The notes beneath the pieces were generated by a model. The model made no database searches. It saw only the letters and a program-made list of their open reading frames with translations, and was not told where the DNA came from. The translations under genes and the position numbers were made by a program. A stretch of DNA of 64,000 nt. Source: Lingula anatina. Lineage: Eukaryota > Animalia > Brachiopoda. This document shows, piece by piece, positions 46,340 to 59,059 of the stretch. How positions within the stretch are numbered: the first letter of the stretch is position 1; each line of letters opens with the position of its first letter. The DNA is taken from contig CM120647.1 in the NCBI GenBank assembly GCA_051362555.1, positions 6,758,001 through 6,822,000 on the forward strand. Direction: 5' to 3'.

Positions 46340-49300
46340 TCAGAGCCATCTGTCGATATTCTTCTTGCTACCGCGCATGCGCTGTTGACTCCCTGTCCTG
46401 CGCAGTTTAACGCCAATGTCACTGCCCACAGCAGAACAAGAGTCTGAAATGGAGATGAGAAATGAAGTGTTTTCAATCATTTTATATATTTCTTTATTTA
46501 TCAAAGTCTATATTTTAATATTATTTATTTATTTATATTTATATTTTACATACATGTATTTTATTTAGGAACTATATTCCAAATTCAGTTAATTTGAACA
46601 TAGAACTGAAAGTTTGGCAATATGTGATGTAATCTTGCAATTTAAACTGAAAAAGTTTTGAAAATCTTGACAATTAAGATCTTTGACATAGGGACGTTTT
46701 CAAATAACCAGAATTTCATTGCCGTTACAATTTTATTTTGCCGTATTAGATGTAAGAATCTGTCCTTGATCGAAGATGAATAAAAAATGTAATGTCTGGC
46801 ACTTAAGTCAATCTGTGCAATGACCTTCAACTTGAACGCCATTCGTTGTACTTAAACAAATCAACAGTTAAAGTTCCACATATTCGATTATACATGTAAG
46901 TGACATATTGTCGTGTGTTGTATCTTCAGACTTATTTCAGCTTTGGGCGCATATTTTAAATGTTTACGCGATGTTCAATCCCAGATTATCAATTTCCAGT
47001 GAGCACGTGTTCTGCATGATAAATAAGGCATCTGTTTGTTCGTATGTTACTGCTTGTCTGAACGGGATATATGTATAATAATACTACAAATTCAAATCTA
47101 GCTATGAAAAAGCACGAAAGAAACGAAAAAGAAAAGAAAGAGAGGAAAACAGAAAGAAAGAAAAAATAAAGTAAGAACTAGATATACAAGAAGGAAGAAA
47201 AGGGAAATAAAGACAGGACACCTACAAATTTTACAAAAATCTCAACTTTGAACAGGGGTTTACGCCAAAATTTAATCAGTTTCACATCTCCTGTTGACAT
47301 TACGTGCTCTTACCTAACAAATCACGCGTCCTTAACTGACAAAAACCGTGTTCCTACCTGACAAATCACATGTTCTTAGCCTACCTGACAAATCCTCCAC
47401 ACATTTTACCAGCAGCCTGTTGGTGCGAGGGGAGTGGGCCAGCGTTCCGTTGTCATGGAAGCTGAGTAACTCGACTTCCTCCTTTCTCCCCAACCTCCTT
47501 GGACTTCCATTAGAAATTGCAGCGCGGTGAGATCGTGGACTCATCATCTCGAGACCGGCCTGATACACGTGACGCCAGTCCGTGACGTCACGCCGCTGTT
47601 TACGTGAGCTATCTAGCGTATGGCTGCGGACGTCAACACGAAGAGGGGTGAATTCAGAGTCCGAGTGGATTTCCCGTCCTCGAGATGTCTTGCCAGGCAG
47701 AGTTGTGATGAGAAAAGGAGGACGAGCGGTCTGGTTTTGCATGTACTTATCGCGTTGAGGGTGTCGGTTCGATGACCCATCGTTAGGTGACGGTGTTCGT
47801 ATCAGCTGGTTATCAGCTCTTCTTCTTGGCAAGTTCTCCTTTGATGAAGACGTACGGCGGCTGTTGCGGCGCACCCGAGGTAATGGGCTTAGAGAATGGT
47901 CCGTATCGTCAGTGGAGAGTGACGTCACACTCGGTGCACGCTGGTACGTGTTACGTTGATCTGATCTTGGGCTGTTGTTATTCTTTATGGCTATAAAACT
48001 TCTCCTGAACTGAGACTCTAGCCGACTGTTCGGGGATCGCTGCGGAGAGCGCTGGGGAGAGCGAACCGGGGTCGGTAAGGGCGATGTGTTCGGGGTTCGT
48101 AAGGGAGATTTTTGTGGGGTCAGAGCCGGTGATCGGTTTGGTGTCTTCGGTCTCACGTAGCCATTGGAGTCTGTCTGATAGCCTTCGATATCGCATTCGT
48201 TGTTCAGGAACGCTGTTTCTGGCTGCCGGGCAAGGAGAGCTTGAGACAGACGCCTCTGCAACTGAGCTTCCAAACGGTTTGGGTTCGGTGATTTTGTCTT
48301 AGAGGAGCGCCCTGGGCTAGTGACCATGATCTGAGGGGATCCCATGGACTCAGAATACGCCTCCCTAGTGTTAAGAAGATCATCGGCACTGGTGGAGCGC
48401 TGTAGCTGACTTCTGCCACCACCGCTGCTGAGAAAGGCGTTTCTTTGATTCCGGTTTTGTATGAATTCGTTAAAGGTGCTGTACCGTGGGGCACGAATAA
48501 AACCGCTGCATTCTGAATCAGTTGTGAAGCCACCGTCGTCCGAACGTCCGCTAGAGTAGCCATGCGAGCTGGCCGCGCAGTATGATTCTCGATCCTGATA
48601 TTCGGTAAACCTGGTGTTTTTGGCGCGTTTTGGATGCAGCGTTTGCTTTATCAGCATGTTATTATTGAGGTTCATTTTGGATTGGCTTCCGACATTTGCG
48701 CATGCGTCTTCTTCGAGTATCTTGGATAGTTCTGAAGCGAGCGTGGACGCAAACTGGTGTCGATTACTCTGCGGACTGTTCCTTGGCGAATTTTCGTTGA
48801 CGGCATGAGATGAGCGGGTTAATTCTGTTGATCGGTTAACTTCGGGTGTTTTCGTTGGTTGCCACGGAGACCTCGGGTCAGATACAGGCGGTTTCAGAAG
48901 AGTAGGAGAGCGTTGTCCTGGATTGGGTGATGTGGTTTCCAAATGGATTTTCCGTTTCTGGATGAAAGCCGCTAATTCGGACTTGTGGACACTGCCATTG
49001 CTGGTTCTTTGGGTGTTCGGCGATTGCCGCGGCGACTTCCTGGGAGGACGTGGACTTGTCGGGCATGCGGTCTGTCCCGACCCATGCACGGAACCCGAAC
49101 GTCCTGGTGAAGGCAAGGACGAATATGACGTCACAGCGTCATTCAAACCATGGCACGAGGAGTACATCGGTGCCGCATTGTGTAGCCGACGCGGTGAGAG
49201 ATTTACGAGAGACTGGTGCTGCCTGGCGTTACTCGCTGGCATCGACAAATTCAGTGCCCTGACGTCATGGCAACTGTTGTACTTCGCGGAACCCAGACCA

Positions 49301-50742
49301 TTGGATGGCGGTTTGATGTAATCGTCGATAAGCGGGTTTTTGATGTAGGATAAATTTGGGTCGCTGAAGGTCTTGCTCCTGTCGCTCTTCGAGATGCGCC
49401 GCAGAAAGGTCACGGTTGGCACTTCCTCTAGATTGAGGTCAAGGTCGAATTGGCTGGCCTTGTTGAGACGAAACTTGTCGCGTAGGTTATCCTCCACGTG
49501 GCGTTTAAAGGACGCTCTTTTGATCTCTTTCTGCAAGTTAAATCTGAAACAAAAGAGGCAGGTTTAATTGCGATTAGCTGTCTTAAAAGACCGATTTGAT
49601 GTAAAAGGCTTGTGATACCAGTTTGTTAAATTTGGATGTTTGCTGCATTGGCGAAAGCATATTGAAGCAATATCGAAAAACAGTCCAAAATATCATGGCC
49701 ACCGTTTCGGTGTAGCTTAGTTGGCTTTGGTATGCCAACTAGATGAATTCAGCCACCTTAAGTTTTTGAGAATTTTAGTGAAACGGGTGCATGGAGTATT
49801 TCATTCCAGTAGCTTGTCTATTACGCTTTTGGTTTTAACAGTGAAAGCAATTGTCGTCCCACGTCCTATATGAGCAATGATCTTGTTAATATTGGGTTGC
49901 TTAACATAAATCAAAATATTTTACAGCATGGTATACTGTATGTCTGTTCATCGGTATTATGTTGAATGATAACCGAAGCTTTAATCTTACCTTATAGGTT
50001 TATGAAATTTTGAAGTTACCTGAAAGTTTTTGACTTCGTACTTTTACTGTGACCTAGCTAAGTCGCCAATCTACACCTGAGGCAGCGGTCAAGGGCATTT
50101 GTTAATTATCATGCAGTCACGCAATGGGTAATTTCATGTCTCAATTACACGAATGACATTTTATGAAAATGTCAGCAGTGAGATCCATAGCGTGATTTGT
50201 TAAATCTTTCTAACTCAATTAATACATAATTCATTGACTGTAGTGTGAAAGTGATATTACTTCTAGTTGCTTTCTAACACATCATGTGAAAGTCATACGC
50301 CTCGTGACGTATGACTTTCACGGCGCTGCGTGACGTCATACAAGACTAGAACACGTGTGAGAATTCGTATGAGATGGAGTGTAGCTTATGCAATAAGGGT
50401 GAAACTCCAACCGCCAGGAATCATAGGAAGACTTTCTCAGAAAGCAATACACAAGGAACACGAAAACGTGCATGGTGATCAATACATAGGCCTACTTGTG
50501 AAAAAGAGTTATTCTGTAGACTAAAAACAATATAAATATCCATAAATAAAATCTGAGAGCTTTGTTTCATTGCCGCGAGGCACTAGTGAGTCCATCATTA
50601 TTTCTGACCCCCACATTGCCTCCAAATTCTGCAAAAATTTGCGTCATTTTACGTTAAATCGACAGACTTTTGACTATCTCGTATGATTCTTATTGACTTA
50701 AAAGGTGTGTGTGTGTGTGTGTGTGTGTCTGTGTGTGTGTAC

Positions 50743-50798
<56 letters not shown>

Positions 50799-52004
50799 AG
50801 GAGGAGGGAGAGAATATCATTAAATTAATCTTTTAATTTAACAGTATGAACTTTTTATTAAACAAAATAGACATGTATATACATGACTGATACGAAAATT
50901 TCCAGGTTGGAAAGACATTGAAAATATCTTCCAAAGCCTAAGAGAAAAAAACGAACAAAGGCCTTCATAATTTGACTTTGATGTTTTGATTGCCTGCCAA
51001 AAAAATCGCGAAAGGTGCTACACATAAGACAAAACGGAAATACATAATTTAAGAAATGTCAGTGTTGGTGGAAATTAAGCAAACAGATGCAGAAAAAAGA
51101 ACAGGTGTGAATATTATTAGTGAGTGCCAAAAAAGGCGCCGAATGAAAACCCAATTTATTTTACTAGCGACAACTGGTCGAACATGTAACAGCGCTTTCT
51201 TTAACTGACCTTTCCAGTGCAGAAACCTTGAGTTAGGGTAATTACCCTTGTGGTACGTGTTTAAATACGTTGAAATTTAACTTGCTGGAAGTTATATGAT
51301 TTTTCATATGACTTATCATTTTTTGAGGCACTCTGGAAATGAGGATGGGCGTATGTGTGTTACAATAAAAACACTTTTGAAATTTAGAAGCAGAAAACAG
51401 ATTCATGGATACTGACTTTTTGTTCTTTATATCGTGATAATGGTAGGACTTTCATGGACACAGTTTTTAAATTCTATTAATCTGTAGCTATTTTCTAATG
51501 TTAGCTTTGTAATGTATGGTCTTATATGCGACCTATGCCTTTAATTATAATTATGCTAGTTTTAGATTTTACTATAGTCTGACATGTATCGATCATACCT
51601 CTACGTATTAAAATAATAATCTAGTGTAAGTGCACTAGTCCAAACACATTTCAAATTACGTTCGAAGTCATTAACTCACCCTTTGGCATATATACAAATT
51701 ATATATGCAAGCACCAACTGTCGACATTAGGCAATTATCACAATTACATTTGAAATTGCTGCAACATGGTCATTAAATCTTGCCAACAGATGATCTCTTT
51801 TCACAATTAACGTTTTGGCAGCGAGGGCATACTCATTACGAAGATACGATATATCTTTACAAGTCTTTAAAAGTATTTTGGCACAGATTTACGTTCAGCA
51901 GTACTTAAGGCATTTTGAGGTTCAACGCATTAACTTTTTTATGATTTACCCTCATTGTTTATATATTTATTTATTTATTTATTTATTCATTATAATTATT
52001 ATTA

Positions 52005-52047
<43 letters not shown>

Positions 52048-55000
52048 GCATAACTAATGCCATTTCGCAATTAGTCATACAGTTTCCTGCACCGCACCAG
52101 TTAGAGAGACCCCATTTCCAGAGACTACTTTAGATCGACCTAACTCCCTGGGGGTTCACGCTAAATAGCTGTCAGCCGGGCGGACACGAAAGTTAATTAC
52201 CCCCTTACAGCTTGTAGTAGGCGGGACGGACATTTAAGCCGGATTATCTGACAGTAATCTAGTGAGACTCCCCGCGGGGATAGATCGATCTAAAAGCTCT
52301 GGGAATACAGCCAGAGATTGGCAACTTCATGCCCTCTGATATCAGTGCCCCACCTAAAATACAAAACAGAATAACACTTTCAACATCTTTGTAACAGACT
52401 ACTGGCTCATCCTGTGGCCAGAGATTAGCAACTTAAAATATGACTTTTACAAACGTAAACGTAAATGGGCCTATTACGTAAGATAGTTGCCGCGCTGGAC
52501 ACGCCAGTAAAATTGATTTAGATTGATTTGCACATTAGGGCTTGTGAAAGGGAGTTGAAGCTCGTAGTGGATATGTAATGGCATGTAAGGACCAATCAAA
52601 CGTGTGCGATACAGCAAAACTACAATAGGCCTTTTGCAGCTAGATGACTGTATATTAACTTGTTATGTGAACTGAAGAGCTTGCCCTCCAGTGGGGAAAA
52701 GAATGTTGGAGAGCAAGATCTTCAGTAAACAAAAGAAGTCAACTTCCTTAAGCCGTATTCGCAACAGCGGACTAATACTATTCAGTGTTTATTAGGGGAT
52801 TATGCGAGAAACTTTTCAGTGGGTCGCCATATTTGCTCCAAGGACTAGTTAGTCCGCTGCAGTGAATGCAGCTTATGTCATCTAGCTGCAAAGACCGATT
52901 CGATGTGAAAGTTGGGTCCTTTGTTTATGGCTTCAACATCTGCGTCAACAACCCAAAGACACTGAGCCAATTACCCAATTATAACGTTATGCCCTTTGAA
53001 ACTGAAGCTCGTAGCATCTGACAGCTATAAATTTTCAGAATTCGTTTAAAGTATCACACACGATGAAGTCCGAATGGGGAAAAATTAGTATCTTTGCGGA
53101 ATATGTAGAAATAGAACATATGAATTAGGACTTTTCCCAAACTCTGATAGTATACCTTTGATATATTAGTCGTGACCAACCTTGTTGCTCCCTTTCAGGG
53201 CATTCAGAACAGCGAAATAACAGATCTTCGGATCAAATATGGCCGAACCACTTGCATGCTTGTTGCGGAATCTAATTACAGGGGCGGATTTAGGCCGTCT
53301 TCTGGGTCTTCCAGAAGACGGTCAGATTTTCAAGTTTACATTGACAGGTATCTAATGTTTTCTGTCGGTAGACGGTCAGAAATGTAGGATGGAGCAACAA
53401 AGATAATTGGAAGACTGTCAGAAAATATCTCTGGACCCGCCCTAATTAAATTAGTGTCTAATCAAGAATTAAGAGGCAAGCCTTTTAGTGGATAGCCATA
53501 TTTGATCCGCGGATCTGTTAGTCCGCTGTTCTAAATGCACCTTTTGGTTGTCTCTTTTTTTATATAATAACCATGCTATTTTGTTGTCATACTCAAAAAC
53601 ATGCCAGCACAGCTGTGTCGTTAAGATATAATTATCGGCGTGACGGTGCCTTAACAATTATGCTTCCCTCCGTTTCTCTTCTCAGAAGACATTAAATAAA
53701 AGGTAAATAAATAAACGAAAAAGGCCCGATTATGAAAAGGACGTCATTATGCATATGCTGCATGCAACATTTTGATTAAGTTACTTCACATATTGTCTTT
53801 AATGTGCAATGCATTGGCCCAATAAATCTGAAGACAGGGGACTTATGTCGCGACATATGTTTTCTCTTTATGTATACGGATTACCTCCCTAGTGTTGGCA
53901 CCACAGCTGTGATTGATTATAAATTGATGAAGGGGGTACGGAACGTTAGTTTTTTTCTTATCCGTTAAAATCACGCGGAAATAAGCATTGTCATATCTTA
54001 TTTAGTTTCTGAGTGACGTTGGGAATAGATCACTGCCTAAAACCAATTAACAAAGCAGCAAAATATTCAAGAAATGTTTCTCCACCCTGTGTGCAGAAAC
54101 GCGTCAGGTGATAAAATAACAGAGAAGTAATTTATATGTTTTAATAGAGGCAGGATGAAATATCATATACACCTATTTTTAATTTGGTGTTAAAATTGAT
54201 GAGTCTCCTCTAGCAGTGTGGTCAACTAAATTTGGTGTTTAAGCTGATGCTTTAGCTATCTACCTTGTGATGTATAGTGTATTGTCGCTTTTCATTTTAC
54301 AATTAATACACCAGCTTGTTATTTTCTCATTTCCCTCGTTAAGTTTAACTTAAGAAATCATTCATTTTGCAGAGACTAAAAGGAAATATGGGTATCTATT
54401 CTCGTGATCGCGCTTATCTATGGTTGTTTTAACTTTAAAAAAAACCCAAATGACACACACGTAATAAACTACTTCGTATTCATATGACTGTCCCTATAAC
54501 AAAATACGGAAGAGGTTAGAATAACCCTGCCGGGTTTGGCACTCTTTCCTGGCAAGAGATCAAGACTGCGACATTTGATCTATACAAAGACGAGCCAAAA
54601 ACATTATGTTACCCAGAATTTCCACCAATAAGGTCAAGCGAGTTGTTACTCTTATAGGACGCCAAAGTCAAACAGATGAAACTGTCAGAAAGAAGGGGTT
54701 TTATTCCGTTTCCAGAGTTCTCCGTTCTTTACTTTTTTGGTCATGTCGACTCTCTTAACGTTGTGTATATAGCTATTCACTGTTGTTGTCAATTGAAATG
54801 AAACAACCGACAAGCAGGCTAAGGAAAAAAAACAACAAATTTTGCTCTTGGACTTCTGCCCAACCTTGTGCCAGAAATAGAGATGTTTTGCGACATTTAC
54901 ATTGACATACATGAATCAAATTATATCAATCAGGTTTAGATCTCGGTCTAGAGCAAGGCTTGCACTATTAATTTGCCTACTCCCCGCTTTTCAATATAGC

Positions 55001-55399
55001 TCCCATAACATACCTGCTTTTGCAGAGGCGAGTCGCATTGAGTAATTTCTCCGTCCATTCCGTGATTTCTTTGGGCGACGCCCGCAAAAACACTTTTCGC
55101 CCATCCTCCAGGAGTATCAGCAAATGTTTCCCCTTTCCCTTGTGACATATCTGCGTTGTTTCAATCGTCGACAGGGGGATTTCGAATTTCGGCGTCTTGT
55201 TTCTTCCGGTGAAATCCTCCTCTGACTGAAAGCACATGAGCGTGTATCGGCTGAGAACGAAATATTTTTCCCGCCATTTTTTGAAAACCCGCTTGGCTGT
55301 CTGCTTACATAGGATCCCTTGCTTGATGATCTCAACGTTGTCCCGGCCTATTAGCATTTTGGAAAAGTCTGCTTTCAACGGCAAGGGTCCCACGTCCAT
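46340..55399 (-). CDS. PH-domain protein with a long Ser/Pro/Arg-rich disordered tail, ~882 aa; exons 55399-55014, 49543-47385, 46443-46340
   Basis: Exon 1 IIKQGILCKQ...KKWREKYFVL...LMCF...EIPL...FLRAS.KE..EWTEKL is a PH fold signature. AG|gtatgt (phase 2) joins tttcag|A at 49543, in frame with the 734-aa ORF. G|gtaggc (phase 1) joins tttcag|AC, giving DSCSAVG...KNIDRWL*. Additional exons cannot be excluded. Confidence 0.75.
47309..47394. repeat. Three copies of a splice-donor-spanning motif
   Basis: Minus strand gatttgtcag|gtag at 47394 and ~47367, and gatttgttag|gtaag at ~47323. Confidence 0.75.
50704..50792. repeat. Compound (GT)n/(GA)n microsatellite
   Basis: Directly visible. Confidence 0.95.
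52112..52312. mobile_element. Family-A palindromic MITE
   Basis: tagatcgacctaactccctgggggttcacgctaaatagc...agtgagactccccgcggggatagatcgatcta. Confidence 0.8.
52627..52900. mobile_element. Palindromic element containing an inserted family-B MITE (52751-52873)
   Basis: Outer IR tttgcagctagatgac / gtcatctagctgcaaa; inner IR cagcggactaa / ttagtccgctg. Confidence 0.65.
53198..53541. mobile_element. Family-B MITE with a nested hAT-like insertion (53279-53441)
   Basis: TIR gcattcagaacagcgaaataacagatc / gatctgttagtccgctgttctaaatgc. Inner caggggcggatttag...ctggacccgcc is flanked by duplicated ctaatta. Confidence 0.75.
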
Positions 55400-57801
55400 T
55401 GGCCTTTCGTTGCATTCTAAGTCAATTATTTAAAAGGATAGGGGAGAGATCCGCGTTTTAAGCAGTGCCAATAAGCATGTTCTTTTTTTACCGTTTCTGA
55501 TGTGTGTGCTTTCTCCGTGTTCAACCCTTATAGCATCTGGCTTGGCTGAATCAAGTTAAGAAGCCGAAGTGAAAGTCCAGTGCAAATCGATTTTCCGCAC
55601 GTCGCCCTGTCATTGCTATATGTACCGTGTCCTTGCAGCATATGGACGGGTCACCCAAGTCGATTCTGTCTGCCCGCTAATCTCGCGTGAATCACTCAAG
55701 CCACAGCGCATCCAGGAAAACAGATGTGACCAGGGCGGCCATTTTGAAATTGGAAATATGCCTCAGAAGTCGATCAACAGATGGGACATGTACGGTGCTC
55801 TTTCGCCGTATAATTCGATAAAGGGAAAGTTTTCTGGAGGTATATAAAGAATACTAATGAGAAAAAATGATTGGTAGTGCTAGGATTGCGTTTTTGTTCG
55901 TGTAAACATGGCGCGGTTTTGGTGCCACGTGTTTACGTGATATCTAAAAGGGAGACAGTGGGACTTCATTTTAACATGCACTGTATCATGTACGTGACCA
56001 ACAATTTCAAAAGAGGGTTGTTTTCAAAAGTGAGCCTTTTACCTTCTTGTACCTAAATAAAATTTTACCTAGAGGGGACCTTTTTTCCGGCCGAAAAAGA
56101 TGGTTATTTCTTCGACCCCCCTCCTCCCTCCCCCCCCCCCCAACCTGTGAAGGTTTAGGCTGAGGCATCGGAGACGGTATGCCCCCTCGCACTCTTTTAC
56201 ATCAGAAGCTATGACAACCGAGACTTAAAAACGTACTTTGGAACTTCTGTGCGACGTCTCTCGATCTGACCCTCCATCTTCACTTTCCCTCTTCCTCTCT
56301 CTCTCTCTCTCTCTCTCAGTTCAGGGAATCTAAGCCATATTTGGGCCACTCTGGAATCTAATTGCCACAGTTTTTATTCACCAAAATGACATACTATAAC
56401 TCCCAAGGAATTCTAACATGGGAAATACGAAAAAAATTCGAGATGGATGCCAATGCCATAAGTATAAATGGGTAGGCCTATCTCTCTCTAGCCCTCGCTA
56501 GCCCACACACGCATCTTTTCTTTTATCGATATCTTCTCACACGTCATTGCTGACACGCGTGCCAAGAATCAACACAATTACCGCGTTCATATTTTCATAC
56601 AGACATATGCTTTTGAACACGGCACACAGATGATAACAGCTGATGCGTCAAACACAAGTTTCCCATAGCGGTATCAAACTTAAAATTTATTAAAAGTATA
56701 CCATGCTCGCTTGGAAATGTCCCAAATTTATATCTTAAATGTATAAATTCTACAAAGCTACTTATGTTTTTCAATTCAGCTCTTTTAAAATGTTAATGTT
56801 TCCCTTTGAAATATAAGGAAAGCTGGCATGAGCCCTAATTTAGTAGAATATTAATTTTAATTTCAATTAGTTATCCGAATCCAAGTATATGGATCGGTCG
56901 AACAGCGAGTTGTGAACAGGAGAAAATAACTATCTTTCTCGAGGAAAATTAATTTTGGTGCGAAATCCGTATAGCTTGCTCTCAAGACACCGTTGTATTT
57001 AGACACAAAACAAGACCAGAGAACTTCTAGTCACATCTGTTGATCCAATTATGAGGCAAATGTTTTAATTAAAACATGTAATGAACAGAATACCTGATGA
57101 CATTTATGTCTTTTTTTTTTACGATCGATCGAACTAAAATTGTGTTAAGAACAAAAATGCTATTAAAAGAATAAAATTTTAATGAATTCCTCAAATCCTT
57201 CATCGTATATCCACACGAATTCAGGCAACTGAGCAAGTAAAACAGATTGGTGCTAGGAAGAATATCCGTCGTATAATTATGAAATACACACACTGGACAA
57301 TAGAAGTGTCACCCCTTCTGTACCAATACTTTGGGGGAGATAAATGACTGTGGAGTGATACATTGCTCCTGATATCATTTTTATTACTATCAAATCTCAC
57401 AAAAAAGACCAACAATGCAATTCCATGTTACAGCGGTTTAATACTCATTAGTCACATTATAAGTAGAAAAGGCATTATAACTACTCAAGATCTACCTACT
57501 TTGATTACTCTGAGTCAGGGGCTGACACTTCTATTTTCCATTGTGTGTATATTTGTAGACTAGTGATCAACGAATTTAATGTATTGCAAACAGGTAAAGT
57601 ATTGATGTGTGATGCTGTATGATTACTTTTCTCAGTTATTTTAATGACAGTTTTACTAATTCTGTGGGGTATGTAATCTGAAACGTGTTACAAATTAAAT
57701 ATGCACCAGCTGAAAAATAACGATCGTTATAATACACTATAAGTGCTCAATTTCATGCTCAAATCTGCAATTAGTATTAGCTCGTCATTATGCACCAGGA
57801 A

Positions 57802-58152
57802 TTTTTTTGAATTAATAGTGTCACAGACAATTCTTTTTACCGTCAAATTTTCAGCTCTACTCAAGAGCCTTCCTCAGGACAAACTGGTCATGCGCTGATG
57901 ATCTTGCGCTGAGAAGTATTCAATGACCAGTTTTCCTATGAATATCCCCTACGCCCCCCCCCCCCCCAGGCCCAAGAGGTCACCATATAGATGTGGGCCA
58001 GCTGGTAGCGACCCTCGTCCCTACTGAAGTTCTTTAAAGATCGTATGTGTATGGCCTCCCTGACACCTCTGGCGAAGTCTTCACTTTCTTGAGTAGAGCT
58101 GAAAATTTGACGGTAAAAAGCATTGTCTGTGACACTATTAATTCAAAAACAT
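57802..58152 (-). mobile_element. Penelope-like element (Penelope/Poseidon type), 3'-terminal fragment with inverted partial pLTR
   Basis: Minus strand encodes TQESEDFARGVREAIHIRSLKNFSRDEGRYQLAHIY, the end of a PLE GIY-YIG domain (R..KEA.YI...LNRD.G). A ~65-bp near-perfect inverted repeat lies at 57802-57866 / 58088-58152. Confidence 0.85.
57842..57880 (-). ncRNA. Minimal type-I hammerhead ribozyme
   Basis: GUC-CUGAGGA-A-GGCUCU-ugagu-AGAGCU-GAAA-AU-U-U-GAC: helix I GUC/GAC, 6-bp helix II, palindromic AAUU in place of helix III. Confidence 0.75.
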
Positions 58153-59059
58153 TCATGGATAATTACCAGACTAATGAACTTTTTAAAGAAATTATGCACC
58201 AGTCTAGCGATGAACGAAACTAGTTCAAGGTGGTTGTGAAGATGTTTTAAATAGATGTAATTTTTTTACCTAGAAAAAAAAAGCGCTAAGACGAGGCATA
58301 CGCCTGGTAATACCGCGTTCAAATTACTTTTTGGTCTTCTCTAACACATTCTCTGCCTGAGAGTTACAGTGAAAGTATTGCGTCGGTCAAACTTGCTGCC
58401 CATAATTATAAATTCAGTGGCTCATTGACGTACGCGTGTATGCGTGCGTGTGTGTGTGTGTTTGTGAGATCGTGCACGTGCGCGTGTGAACTTTTGATCT
58501 ACTAGCGTGTTCATTTTTTTAAATAAATTTCCACAAAACGAATTCAATTGATTTTTGATTTGATCTGATTTTCAATTTTCATAATGGCAAAATATTTCTA
58601 GACGTGTTCCAAACACTTTAAACACAGCTATTAGCTTTACATTTTGGAAAATGCCCTTAAACTCTAATAAGACTAACTGTTTTGAGCAAAACAAATAGTC
58701 GATAATACAGACTTGACATTTAATATGGAATATTTTTTTCGAAAAAATTTTTTATCAGTTTTTTCCTATTTTGCTGACTGATAAATGAAAATAAGGATTA
58801 AAATCGTGTTTTAATAAGTTTACATTATCTCTTTGATGTCATTGTGACATCAGTTCATTTATGGTATTCGCCAGAGAAGCAAACAAAAACACATTGCCTA
58901 TTCTATGTCATTACGACTCCCATTAAAAGAGATATTTTGGATCTCCATATTTTCCAAATTATCGTCTGTAAAAGGGTAATACGCTCCACAAAAGACCCTC
59001 ATGTCAGTTGCTAGTCACAGTAATGGTCTTTGTTGCCAGCGCTCTCAAGCGGCAAGGCA

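Noticed and set aside
47332-47384. C-terminal GRLRTCDLSGRNTVFVS* of the 734-aa ORF as the true protein end
   Set aside because: It consists of duplicated donor sequence. A phase-matched donor at 47385 and a downstream exon give a better model, though intron retention is not excluded.
57893-57920. Plus-strand ctgatga as a hammerhead core
   Set aside because: No GAAA/NUH partner; the supportable motif is on the minus strand at 57842-57880.
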